This document shows, in pieces, positions 1-12,353 of a DNA stretch of 64,000 bases. Each line of letters begins with the position of its first letter. The stretch's first letter is position 1. The notes beneath the pieces were generated by a model. It worked only from the letters and a program-made list of their open reading frames with translations. It made no database searches and was not told the origin of the DNA. The DNA is from Tubiluchus corallicola. Lineage: Eukaryota; Animalia; Priapulida. A program made the position numbers and the translations under genes. The stretch is from assembly GCA_030141605.1 (NCBI GenBank), contig JAQGDQ010000110.1, positions 186,001-250,000 of the forward strand. The letters are read 5' to 3'.

Positions 1-79
1 GATTGCTGTGTTATTCTTCAATAGCCAAGTCTTTGACAGCAATTGTCCACTGTGACTTTGTGTTTCATGCTTTGATGAC

Positions 80-922
80 TTACTTGCAGAAACAGATTTT
101 CTTAAATGCTGTTCTAAACTTGCTATTCATAACTGCATAAACAAATGGATTGGCAAAACTGTTACAATATCCAGACAAAAGATAGAGAGATCGCATTTGT
201 GGATTTGAATGTGGTTTTGTTAGGATGAAATTAGGTCCCCAGCAAACTATAAACACAACAGTGATCATAAGCAGCATTTTTGTCGCTTTCATTTCTGCCA
301 CTTTTACACTTGTTTGCGGATTTTCTTGGTGAATTCTTAACAGTTGTTTCCGTGCAGCTCTCCACATTAGTACATACAGTACGGGCAATGTGACAGCGGG
401 CAAATAAAAAAATAGAATATTGTTGTATATTAAGAAAATTCTGGGAATGTTGCTCATCACAAGAGCATGAAGTATACATGCTGCAGCTAAACTAAAACAC
501 CACGTAACACAAAGTATTGCAGCTATCGTTTTTCGTGTGATGTAGATGTTGTACTTATATGGATGTAAAACTGCCAGGTACCTTTCTGCAGCAATTACAC
601 ATAGATGTAGTATACTAGTATTTGTCAAAAATACCACAACATTTCCAATGACATCACGTGAAATACGTTTTCTTTTTCCTGGAAAGAGAATTTGTGAAGG
701 CAGTATTATTCCGACTAATAAATCTGTTATGGCTAGCGACACAATGAAGGCATTTGTTTTCGTCTGTAGCTGTTCATAATTATATACTGCAAGCACAACT
801 AGCAGATTACCTACTACTATAATTATCGCAGTGAGTAGATACAAAACAAATTCTGACACATAAAGCACTGTTTGCAACCCTACTTCTGTTCCATTTACAG
901 TAAAATTAGTCATTAAATGCAT
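80..922 (-). CDS. Intronless class A (rhodopsin-like) orphan GPCR, 280 aa
   Basis: Seven hydrophobic segments with GN (TM1), SLAITD (TM2), ERY (TM3), CWGP (TM6), NSFANPFVY (TM7) and helix 8 FRTAF. First ATG is at 922; the ORF track starts at GTG 937. A probable 5'UTR splice acceptor lies at 946-947. Confidence 0.93.
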   Translation of the reverse strand: MHLMTNFTVNGTEVGLQTVLYVSEFVLYLLTAIIIVVGNLLVVLAVYNYEQLQTKTNAFIVSLAITDLLVGIILPSQILFPGKRKRISRDVIGNVVVFLTNTSILHLCVIAAERYLAVLHPYKYNIYITRKTIAAILCVTWCFSLAAACILHALVMSNIPRIFLIYNNILFFYLPAVTLPVLYVLMWRAARKQLLRIHQENPQTSVKVAEMKATKMLLMITVVFIVCWGPNFILTKPHSNPQMRSLYLLSGYCNSFANPFVYAVMNSKFRTAFKKICFCK

Positions 923-1789
923 GGTCAGGTCCCACACACTTCAATCTGTGAACAACAAATTTTCTTCTATTTTTGTAAAAATGAACATTTCAACTAACAC
1001 CTACAGCTCATAATTGCACAATGTGACAAAGCTGCACTTGTGAATCACTTATTTACCCTCAGCTGCAGCAACAATGCACAGTGCTTCTATCAGTCAATTG
1101 ACAATTGACACTGTTAATTTCGATGCATGATACTGAATACAAGAGTTCGTGAAAATAAATAGTTCATAATATTGCATGCGCCCACTGTGTGTGCTTAAAT
1201 GTACATTAACAGCAGGTGCACATATATTTGCCATTGTGTGCTTTCATAGACGTATTCATTAGATGACGAATAGTTTATATAAGCTTATTGTTCTCAACTG
1301 TGAAGGAAAATGTAACACATATAATGTAATGTGCAGTGGTGGTTACGACCACACTATTAACACCCACTTGCCTACTTATGCCTAGGGATGTTCGTGATTA
1401 GTGTAGTTATGATCCCATTCCCAAACAGCGAAAGTGAACTTTAGTCAAACCCCGTTCCTAAACATTCAGTCAGTTCCGTGCCCCGTTCCCGAACTTCTCA
1501 TTCAGTTCCAACCTTAAAAACTTTACAATATTTGAAAAACAATGTTTACAGCACAACATACAATAATACATTTATACAGTAATCTATACGTATCAATTTA
1601 TAATTTGCTTTAACTGTGCTAGTGACTTAAAACTGAAGTGAAGTAAGAGAAGTTTTGTCATCACAGATATTTTTGCTCATTTTCTGAAAACAGTGTGCCT
1701 AGGTCCACTAGATTCATTTTTATTCGGGCACTCAAATGAAGGAAGGAATTTACAATCCCCACATGATTTTATACCCTAATCTTATCGCT

Positions 1790-1860
1790 AGCCATAACCC
1801 TAACCCTAACCCCACCCTAACCTTAACCCTAATTTTAATCTTAAGCCTAATGCTAATCCA
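1790..1860. repeat. Degenerate (CCCTAA)n telomere-like tract, probably internal to a non-autonomous element
   Basis: ccataaccctaaccctaaccccaccctaaccttaaccctaa is followed by degenerate hexamers. Confidence 0.6.
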
Positions 1861-2152
1861 CTTCACAAACTAATTTCTTGTGTGTGAGAAACTGCTAACT
1901 TCAGCCCAAATGAAAACAGCATGTAAAGATTAATGCATGTTCAGTGTAGATTTTTTAAAAATGATTTGGACTTTTTTACAACGAAATTGCTTCCCATGCA
2001 ATTTTGATAGTTGGTTTTGACACCTAACTGCTGTAATATGTGATTGTCAATGCTTGCTAACTAACACTTTCAGGTTACCTATATTGTGTTAACAATACAT
2101 GTTAAATGATAAATGTGATTCGTGACAAGTTTAATAGTTTACAGTCGCTGCG

Positions 2153-2250
2153 TGTTTGAGTATCACCACTCACACAGGTGTTGCCTGTTTGAGTATCATC
2201 ACCTGCGCAAGTGATGTATGTTTGAGCATCATCACCCACACAGGTGCTGC
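2153..2250. repeat. 33-bp tandem repeat, about 3 copies
   Basis: A unit like tgtttgagtatcaccactcacacaggtgttgcc recurs at 2153, 2186 and 2219. Confidence 0.75.
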
Positions 2251-2741
2251 AACTGTGTAACAGTGATAGAGATGATATACACAATTCTGATTTTGTAGAG
2301 CAATTTTCTTTCACATGTCCTAGATGCTAGACAAACTAAAAAAGGAAAATAAGGCCCTCACACAGACACCAAGTTGATGGCAGTTTGGATTACAGCCATT
2401 CCCTTTACATCACAATAGAACAGAATTTTGCCATACAGCATAGAACAGCCCTCATTTGCACACCAAATACAAAAGCAAATAATCTGTGCACGGAGAACAA
2501 GTGCACATATTAACTATGACTAAGTACATGCCATAATGGCTTCATTGCAAACATATAATTTGGCTAGTATATAACACAGAGCTGCCTGAAAATTCATGGT
2601 CGAAGTGTGCTTTTGTCTTGAGAGCTGTATAGGTTGTCACTTAAACATGGAGACAACAAAGAAGAAAGTGAAATTCAAACAATAATGGTACTGTAATGTT
2701 TGTAAAGCGATTAATGCATAGAAAGTTGCACAGTGTTTACA

Positions 2742-3584
2742 ATGATTAATTTAACAACAAATACAACTTACAGTGGAAGCCAAGTTGATGGTTTGATCCA
2801 AGTTACCTTCACTGTGCTGTTTCTGCTAACCAATGATGCAATAATAGCTGGCAATCTGCTGGTCCTGATTGCAGTTTATAAGTACGAACAGCTGCAGACA
2901 AAAGTGAATGCACTTATAGTGTCTTTAGCCATAGCAGATTTACTCATAGGAATGACACTGCCGCTTGCAATTTATGAGTTTTATAAACACTCAGAAGAAT
3001 ATGTAACCACGCACAAACATATCAAGCAAGTCGTTTCAATCACCTTGAGAAATGTAAGCATAATGCATCTATGTGCCATAGCTTTTGAAAGATACGTGGC
3101 AGTTTTACATCCATACAAGTATAACATCCACATCACGTGGAAAACCGTGACTGGTGTCCTGTGTACGATCTGGGTGTTCGGAGGTCTTGTAGCATGCGTG
3201 CCAAAGAAAAGCATCAGACTGAGAATACTCTTTGACAGTTTTTTATTCTTTTATGTATCAATGATTATAATATCCATCCTGTACGCCTTAATTTGGAGAG
3301 CTGCACGGAAACAACTGTTAAGAATCCATCAAGAAAATCAACAAACTAATGTAAAAATTACAGAGATGAAAGCCACTAAAATGTTAGCAACAATTACAGC
3401 AGTATTTCTTATTTGTTGGGGACCTATGTTTATCAGATTGCTGGATAAAATTTTCGACAAGGCACAAATAATTTTCCTATGGCTCGGATACAGCAACAGT
3501 TTTGCAAATCCAATTATCTATGCAGCCTTAAACAGTAAATTCAGGATGGCCTTTAAAAGCATTTGTTTTTGCAAAAATAATTAA
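2742..3584 (+). CDS. Intronless class A orphan GPCR, 280 aa, paralog of 80..922
   Basis: GN, SLAIAD, ERY, CWGP and NSFANPIIY motifs. ICL3 (WRAARKQLLRIHQEN) is shared with the minus-strand copy. ATG at 2742 follows an acceptor-like gttgcacag. Confidence 0.93.
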   Translation: MINLTTNTTYSGSQVDGLIQVTFTVLFLLTNDAIIAGNLLVLIAVYKYEQLQTKVNALIVSLAIADLLIGMTLPLAIYEFYKHSEEYVTTHKHIKQVVSITLRNVSIMHLCAIAFERYVAVLHPYKYNIHITWKTVTGVLCTIWVFGGLVACVPKKSIRLRILFDSFLFFYVSMIIISILYALIWRAARKQLLRIHQENQQTNVKITEMKATKMLATITAVFLICWGPMFIRLLDKIFDKAQIIFLWLGYSNSFANPIIYAALNSKFRMAFKSICFCKNN

Positions 3585-4279
3585 AATTTATGTAGTACAG
3601 TCTAAAGATAGTTTTACTTGTGGTAATCAATACAAGAATAATAAACCTAAATAACTGGATTCATTCTTACTTTAATATGTTGACATTGTTTTGGTGTTTC
3701 CACAGCATTCAAATTATTCTACTACCAGTATCCTACAGATAGGCAATAAAAAATCTCCTTATTTTTCTTTACATCTCTTTATGTAATTTTATCTCTGTCC
3801 TCTTCTTTTCCTAATGTCTGTAGTCTCTGGACTCTTTCTAGCAACTTCCTTTGCACTTTCGAGTCGTCTGTCTTCGCAAACTCTTTCGTAATTTTGGTAA
3901 AGTAAACTTTTTTTATCACAACACACAAAAGCAAATGTACAGTCATATCTCCTTTAATTTTGCATGAGGAACACCACGGATATTTTTAAATTTACCTTTC
4001 TTACGTAACAACATCCGTAATTAAATTTCGGTATTAATGTCACACAACATTCGCCTTTATCTATTCATACTGCTAACTTTGACCTTGTTTTGACCTTTCC
4101 TTGATCTAGCAGTTGCTTTTATTTTCTTTAACTTGTGTTTCTAGACTAACTTTATAGCTTGTGACAAATGTCTAAAATCTAATTCATTTTTTTCACAACC
4201 ATTTTAATTCAACCAATCTAATTACTCTCAAATTTTTTAGGTCCGTATTGGTTGAACGAGTGGAACTTTGATCTACCAG

Positions 4280-4570
4280 ATGAATTCAAGATGGAGGCAA
4301 AAATAGTATTTTAAAAAAAGCCTAAGGCACCGTCAGTTCACAAGGGATCGACATGAAACTTTACTAGAACGAATTCTGCATTATCTGACATGAATGGATT
4401 TTTGATTTGCATTTCGAATTCAATATGGTGGCAATGACATTTTTTCCAAAGAAAACCTAAGGCTCTGTAAGTTTGCAATGAAACTTTACAGAAATATGTT
4501 AGAATAAATTCTGCATCGAAAGACAGAGTAGGATTTTTAATCTGCCATTTTAAATCCCAGATGGCGTAAC
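4280..4570. repeat. Degenerate repeat of about 135 bp (2-2.5 copies), transposon-derived
   Basis: Recurring ttcaagatgg/ttcaatatgg ... cctaaggc ... atgaaactttac ... aattctgcat blocks at about 4285, 4420 and 4555. Confidence 0.5.
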
Positions 4571-5343
4571 TGACATCATTTCTTACCCGCGATCATGAAT
4601 TCAATAAGTCCGTCATCAATAGTGAGTCAAAAGTTTGAGTCAGCCTTGTTTTCTTTGCTCTTCATATATCTATAGTCTATTTTGAATTTGCAAAATTGTA
4701 AAGTGAGGTTAGTTTTTTGCAAATTGTTCAATGTACTGCATAACTTATCTGAAAATCTATTGTCAACAAAACCGAATGTAAAACAGACCACTAATGGTTC
4801 ACTAAAATACAAGCAAACACCGTCTCCTATTAATTTGTCTGTGCTGAACCATTCTTCCTGCCAAGGTCTTTACACCACTTTCAACCATGGCGGCTCGTTT
4901 TATAGGCACTGTACCCCTGTTTTCACTCAATATTATCGATAATATTTAATATAATTCCTTTAATGCTTTCTTTATACTCTTGTACGGAACCAGAGCACAT
5001 GACAGAGCTGTGTGGTTCACAGGTCCCAGTAATGTGCACTTCATAGGTCCAGCAACGTGGTGTTTGGCTGTTGTGCGCCTGCGGCCATGCACACATGTCT
5101 AAGATGCTCATGCTGTGTGTTGTTAGTTGTCACATGCTTAAAAACCGTGTACTGGCATATTCTTGAACTGCGTCAATTTACGCCATTCGTAAGCAAATTT
5201 TTTTATACATTTGAATAGGAGTGGCCAGTACCAGACGTTTTTGAGTCAATTAGGTAACTGATTCTATTAACCAGGAGTCTAGTACACGGCGCCTACTGTA
5301 TCTTTGAGTCACCAAAGAAAACAATCTACAACCATGCACTTAC

Positions 5344-7877
5344 TATTGCCAGGCCACCACTTCATAGATGACAATGTTGGAGTATGTAACACAAACTCTT
5401 CTGTTTTGGGGTCATACGTAGCAGTAGTCTCCAGCTTTCGGAGATGAGTACCTAATCGAATTAAAAAGTAGTTCAGTAATCACACGACAGGTTTCCCACA
5501 TAATTTTAAAATAAATTTCCCTGACCAAATATTGATTTTCCATGATTAAGATAAACAGAAATTGCATTACTAGTATATAAATATTCAAACATTTTTGTGT
5601 ATGGACATTCACAATTCATACATATTCATATATGTATGAATGGTGTAAATTCATACATATACTGATACATGATGTGTCGGGCCAATCAATATTTTTGGAA
5701 CAGAAATTCAAACTGAGAGTCTGCCGTAGTAAAATTTTATTTGAACACGAATCACTGAAAAGTATGTTTGGAAAAATATTGGTTCACAGTGATAATTTTT
5801 CCAACCCTTTCTCTTTTCCCTGGCTTTTCGCCCCATTTTCATTATTTTCCCTGACTTCTTAACAAATTATCTTTTTCCCCGACTTTTCCATGACTTTGTA
5901 GGATAGTCTGTATTTTCAAGGATTTTCCGGGATTTTCCCTGACCGTGGGGTATACATTTAAGCAGCAACAAAACAGGTCCAATTATTTCTAATACATAAA
6001 TGTACTAGAAAATGCATAAATTTGAACTCAACTCTCAGATTACAGTAAATTTTCTTAATTTGTAATTCCCAACAATCATGCCACAAATAAACAACAGACA
6101 CCAGAGTTTATTACTTGTTAATTTGTACTCACTAACAATTTTGATTAGATCATTCTATTCTCATGAAGGCTACTAATTTTACTCTAAATAATTATGTCTA
6201 GATTTAACTCTTTTAACTTAATTTAGGCATCAATAATAAGGTTAGTAATCTGGACATAAACTGCACATCAAAACTTCAATAAAGCTAACAGAGACAGAAC
6301 TCTAACTTCCACACTTGTCAGTTAACCTTGCGTGGTACTGTTTACAAAAAAAATAAAATATTTCAAAGAATCATCTACTCATATAAAAATGTTCACTTAC
6401 TAACCAAAATCAAAAATACAGAATGCATATAAATAATAGCACATTAACGCACCATGTCCTAACTCCGTTTGTGTGTATGTTCCCAGTATGCCATAAGAGG
6501 CAGTCAGTGGCAACCACCTGTCAACTTGCTCTTGACTACCATGACCAAGTAAAGCTGGCATAAAGGCACCGTCATGAAGGACGAATGAGGTGAGCCCCAT
6601 CGTTCCGGCAATTGCTCTAGAAAATGCATGAAAGCAAAACCTATGCACTTTGCAGCATGTTATAGAGCATGCATATGTGCCAGGCAGAATAGTTCAGTGC
6701 ACTCACACACATGGCACTTGTGAGGCTCTGACATGTATTGTCCCAGCAAAAGCATAATATAACAAGCTAATTCGAAAATGAGCTCATTAATTTGAATGTA
6801 TAAATATATACATAACATATATAAATATGGACCTGGTTGTATGAGTCTTCTATTACATATATACATGCATATTTTATACATACATACATATATATATATG
6901 TAATAGAAGACTCATACAACCAGGTAGATATTTAATGTCTAATGGGTACAATTATGAATAAAAAGAACTTATTTTTAACTGTCAGTAGTACATGACTGGT
7001 TTATCTGGCTAATATAGCCTCATCATGCCTGTCATGTCTATTGTAGACATTTAGAATTCTAAAATAAAAGAAATCTGCCCTTCAGGCAGGTAAACACAGC
7101 AGCAATCCAGCAAAAAACTAGACACTGCTACACTGTCAGTACCACTTCCGATTTCCTACCTTTTATAAGTAAGCACCTCAAATGGATTGGTCAATCCAAG
7201 AGAGGCAATCTTCTTCACAGAAAGTACGGCGGAATGTACAGCCTGATCAAAATGTTCCGGCCTAGAAAGAAAGCGTGGATCCTTCAGCTTCTGGAAATCT
7301 TTATCTTGAAATACCATATTTTCTGCAGAAAAGTTTGAAGATATAATAATGAACTGTTTCATCTGATGTAATTTGACATAAGTTTCACAGGCTTTTGTCA
7401 TGTCAGGATGCTTCCTTATTATTCCTACAATTTTCACCTTGAGCAGACATTATGCACATCCAGGTTTTTTAATTTCACATGTAGAAAAAATAGCTTTAAA
7501 AGAAACTTTTGTGAATGCTAAGCTATCATACAACCATTTTTGAAAAGCTAGCATTTAGTAAGATGTTTAGTAATTATTTTCAGTTTTAACAACTGCGTCT
7601 TTGAAATCAAAATTGTCATTGTCTTATGAAAGACGAAAGAAAGAACATTCTGCACTTATAAAGAGTAGAGACCTTATCGCTTTGAGCAAAATTTATGTAT
7701 CAAAATCAAATGCAAATTGTAAGTCTCAATGTGCTGTGTACATCACAGGTTGTAGAAATTACCTATTTCCCGCCTTCGCAGTGTTTTCACCTTTCCACCA
7801 TCTAATATATTAGTCAGTTCTTCAACGTTAAACGTCGCACGAGCCCGCTCTCGCTTCAGATCCGGATTTACACTCAT
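5344..7877 (-). CDS. ACOX1: Peroxisomal acyl-CoA oxidase 1-like, 5' part (4 coding exons; gene appears to continue beyond the left edge)
   Basis: Exons 7877-7763 ([28 protein letters not shown]...RRREI), 7322-7160, 6616-6453 ([23 protein letters not shown]...[11 protein letters not shown]) and 5451-5344 ([35 protein letters not shown]). All introns are GT-AG and phase-compatible, with classic ACOX N-terminal and middle-domain motifs. Confidence 0.93.
5488..5950. mobile_element. Degenerate non-autonomous DNA transposon remnant in an ACOX1 intron
   Basis: caggtttcccac at the left end, ccctgaccgtgggg at the right end, and multiple internal ttccctgac-like motifs. Confidence 0.35.
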
Positions 7878-10800
7878 GATTGCTCACAATCACAGATTAT
7901 ATTAACATTAATTCTGTAAATCAAAGAAAGGTCTAGAAAAAAAAACAAATTTAGCTGCATAAGTGAAAATTTAAGAAATAACTGCACAACACCACAATTA
8001 ACTGTTCATACTAATGATGTACAGCACTCTTATAAACTTTGAAAGTTGGTCTTACAGTTGATCAACTTGTGGTAACAATTATAAATACATGTACATGATC
8101 TGCCCTTGAAAATTTCAAGTAACAATCTCATACTAAGCTACCAATCATAACTAATTATATTCAAATGGAAATGTTAAGAATTCAGAAGCTTTTGGGTTTA
8201 AAAATACAACATTCTGTATCAAACAGCTATAGATTGTCATATAGCTATAGGCTGCCATATATTAAAAGTTATATTGTTTCGTTCTTTAACAAAAAACTGA
8301 TTAACTCAACAATGCAAATTTGCTTATTTAGCGTGTGACGTTTTGCGAATTCTTTCTTTCCCCTTCATCTCTTCAACTCAGAGAAATTCACATACAGGTC
8401 TGATAAGCAACGACAGTGTTGCTAACTTGCTACCGAGTTGCAAATTGAAGACAATGAGCAACACAATAACTGCAGAAAAACACTCATGCATCTGGCAAAG
8501 CATGCTCACTATTCAAAATCTGCAAGAATTAAGTCTATTGTGACAAGGCAAACAACGTTAAATTTGCTGTATAAACTTACAACTTTCAACAGCTTGCCAC
8601 CCAGTGCAGATGAAGGTCTAATGTGGTGAGTAAATTTTATCAAACAATCACGGATAGACTGCAAAAAATCAATGCCAGTAAATAAGTACTAGTGTACCCT
8701 AAATACAGGGAACAAGGTTCAATGTGAAAAGTGATAAAAATACTTTCTTGCAAATACATGCAATTGTGTTAGCCAAAGTTCAGTCTGCTGTCCAACTAAT
8801 ATAATACCCGACTTACACATAAAACTATTACAAATACATCACATTATAGCTTTTGCATTTGCATACTATTGGACAGTGGACAGAAATGACGTATTCCGTT
8901 ATACGTTGAATGATTCTCTGAAATCATTTGCCAACATGCTGCCTGAACTCAACAGCTAGTAAATAATTAAGCATTCATTTATGTTCTGATTTTGCAACGA
9001 AAATTAGGTAGAAATGTTTACCAGGAATATACTATCATTGGAATTGGCGACAGGTAACAGCAACAGCACTAACAACTGAATATCAGGCATGGTTTTATAT
9101 TTTGAAAAATGACTTTGGCAATAACAATATGCACTAATGTGAGAGGAATCTTTCTAAACAGTATGTCCTTATGCAGAATATAAAATAGGTATCTTATTAC
9201 TTCTTATTATAGTTATTAATTACTTAAATTTGATTAATCTTAGTATTTTGCTTTTTAGTATTCATTTTTTTCTAATGTTCTGCACCATGGTTTATATTAT
9301 ATTTCTTTGTTGGTGGAGCTGCAGTACAAGTTTTACACCAAACAAATATTTTTATGGCATGACAGCAAAACGAAGAAAATTTAGTGGTCATCCCAAAGTT
9401 ACTACACCAAGTGGGCAATCCAAACCACAGGTTTTAGCTAGCTCCTAAGAACACAGAGCTCACGGGATTTTCACATCTGCTGACATCACAGTGTATCGCA
9501 GGACCGTGTGTTCCCTCATTGTGTATCATCTACATAGCAAGATGGTAGTAGATGGTACACAGCAAGGCGGCGCTTGGTGCTGCGATACACGACAAGGTAG
9601 TACGGAGCGATAAGGTACATAGCGAGGCGACACAAAAAGATGTTGAGTAAGTAAACATGTTCTAAGTGTGCAAACAATTATTTTTGTTACGGTTGAAAAG
9701 CAAGGGCGTATTATACACAACAAGTAATTGTTTAATCAGCTTATTACATAAGCAACCATAAATTCACATTAGAGATGGGCGGGACAGAACTGTCAGCCCA
9801 GGGCATCATAAAGTCTTGATATGCCCCTGTTGAAAAGTTAAATAATAGTTTAGAACTTAAAAGTTTTACGAGATACCCATATCACATAAATATTGAACAA
9901 CAGTGTATAACAATATCAAAGCCAAAAAACACATATCAAAGTGGCGTGCTTACAAAAATAAACTTCATAACAAGAACGTTGTGTGAGAATACTTCTTATC
10001 ATTATTATTTAATTATATGACTGACAGTGACATATTTTCTGAAGTATTCAGGAAGACCATATGGGCACTATTATTATGTAGATCTTGATTTGGTACTGCA
10101 CAAACCACCGCAAGTGGTTCTTGAGCAGGTCCAAACATCAGATGTGCACAGATTTAATACCCAGTTGTAAAGTACCTGTACTCTTCACAACACTTTCAAA
10201 AACGGTCTTTCTTTGATTATGAAATAAATATATTATTACAGTTATGATACCGCCTAGTTTTTAAACTAGGATTTTTGCATCAAAGTTCTAATTAGTTTTA
10301 TGAAAAAAATAATTAAGAATAAAGTAAAAGAAAGGTTGAATGAAGAATTTACAGAGAAAGACAGCAAAATGACAAAAACTAGATTATTAAAAGAAACGAG
10401 TTTGGGTTGCAATCTTATCAACATGAGTCGGGCACAAATGACAGCAAGCAAATTTTAAATATGAGATTAAAAATAGTTGAAGCAAAATGTAATTTCAGAG
10501 GATTATATAAAGACAATCAGATGTGTGTAATGAATAGCAAGAAAATACAGATAAGCATAAGGTGAGTGATATTAATGTGGCAGACATTAAAAGCACGTAT
10601 TGAAGTATTAAAAAATGTTTGTCGAAGGTTAAGTCAGATGTTACTTTTAGAATACGGGAAAACAACAAGTGACAGTAATCAACAAGAAGAGGTGTCCGAA
10701 AAGTAGAATATGAATGTATAAGAATCCTTAAAAAAAGACAAAGATTGTCAATGTGACATGAAATGGAAACTGTGTTAAATTCTCCCGCATCTCGTTACAG

Positions 10801-12353
10801 AGCAAAGGGGGTGCTCGTTGTAGATGGTAACAAAGAGAAGATCATTAACCTTAATGTCAAAGTTCCGATTATTTTCAGGTTAGGGTGTAAAACTCAGTTA
10901 AGCAGACAAGCCATAACCGAGTTGAACAAGTATACGTCAAAAAGTTTGCTAAGTAACACAAAGGGGCTATTAGTATTACTAAAAAGTTAAAGAGTTCTAC
11001 TACCAATAACAACCAATCTGCCATTAGCTTTTAGTCTTTTAGCAAACTACATTAAAACGGTGCGCTGTGGTGTGGTTAATTCTATTTACTATCTCAGCTT
11101 TGCTGCCTTAAGCCAGAAGCAGTGAAAACACGGTGAGCACTTGAGCAGTGGGCCAGTGGCGTGGTCCAGCAATATAAGAAATCATCAGTAAATGGTAAAG
11201 CCAATTCGACATTTTGAAAAGAAAATTTGTCCACGCCTTCTACTATGTTAATGATGAAGACCTCACAAGTCACAAAGCACTCACTGCCGCTCAGTAAAAT
11301 AAAACAATAAATTGTCACCAACGTGACACAAATTCGAAACACGCAAAGATATAGTCTGGCATCGACAACGTTTGTTTAAAGGCACTATCTTTATGAATCT
11401 TTAAAAATACATAAAGCCCCCACAATTAAGAATAGGCCTAATTATGTCACTTTACTTCCAGCACAAGTTATTTATTTTTGTACTTTCAAAATTCCATTGT
11501 TGAACATTGTCTTTTTTGACCGTGTAAACCATTATGATTATAATTCACCTGGAGCTATTCTTGGCTCCACACAGATACAGGCTAATTGGTCTACTGTTAC
11601 TTCACACTCATCGTGACTAACAAGCAATTGCTGGAATCAATTCATGTTTTCTAAGATTGATTTATCGTAATATGCTATTTAACAACAGATGCATTTTTAA
11701 TTTAATTTTTCCAACTGTTAACCACAAACGTACTTATTGTATTAACACAAAACTGTAAGCTCAGAAAAATTTAGCTGGTTTGCCTTATGGGATGATTATA
11801 AGCCCTGCCGAAAATAAATGTTCACTGTAGTTTGCTTGAAGCTCATAAAGTTTTAGGAAACCTACTTGAAAAACTAAAAAATACTAAAAATGAAAATGTG
11901 ATAGGCATTACCAGAAATTAAGAAATGCTCTTGTAGACTAGCAATGTGTCTGGTCATTAAGAAATTTACAGAGTTAAAAAACAAAAATTCCATTGATCAT
12001 TGATGCATAAACGCAGCTAAAATTAAAACCAAGTTTTAAAAATTATTTATTCAAGCCAATTATAAATTACATTGTGTAAAAACCTGATCTAAAAATACAG
12101 ATTAAAATATAATAATATTAATATATATAATAGCAACTATCTAATAACAGGAAAAGCAGCACAATACGCTCAACAAACATTGTCCAAACCCGCAAGCAGT
12201 CCGACTTTATACAAATAAATCTAATCTAAATCTAAAATCCAAATTAATTAAAGATTTAATAATTAATTGCACTGTACCATATAGATATATATATACATGT
12301 AATTGAGAGAATTAACATTACATTATGATTTTATCGTAAATCAAAAATGTTAA

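Noticed and set aside
10450-11350. Possible decayed LINE reverse-transcriptase remnant on the minus strand
   Set aside because: Only a faint resemblance (LRQTFFNTSIRAFN) amid stops, with no recognisable RT motifs. It cannot be supported without a profile search.
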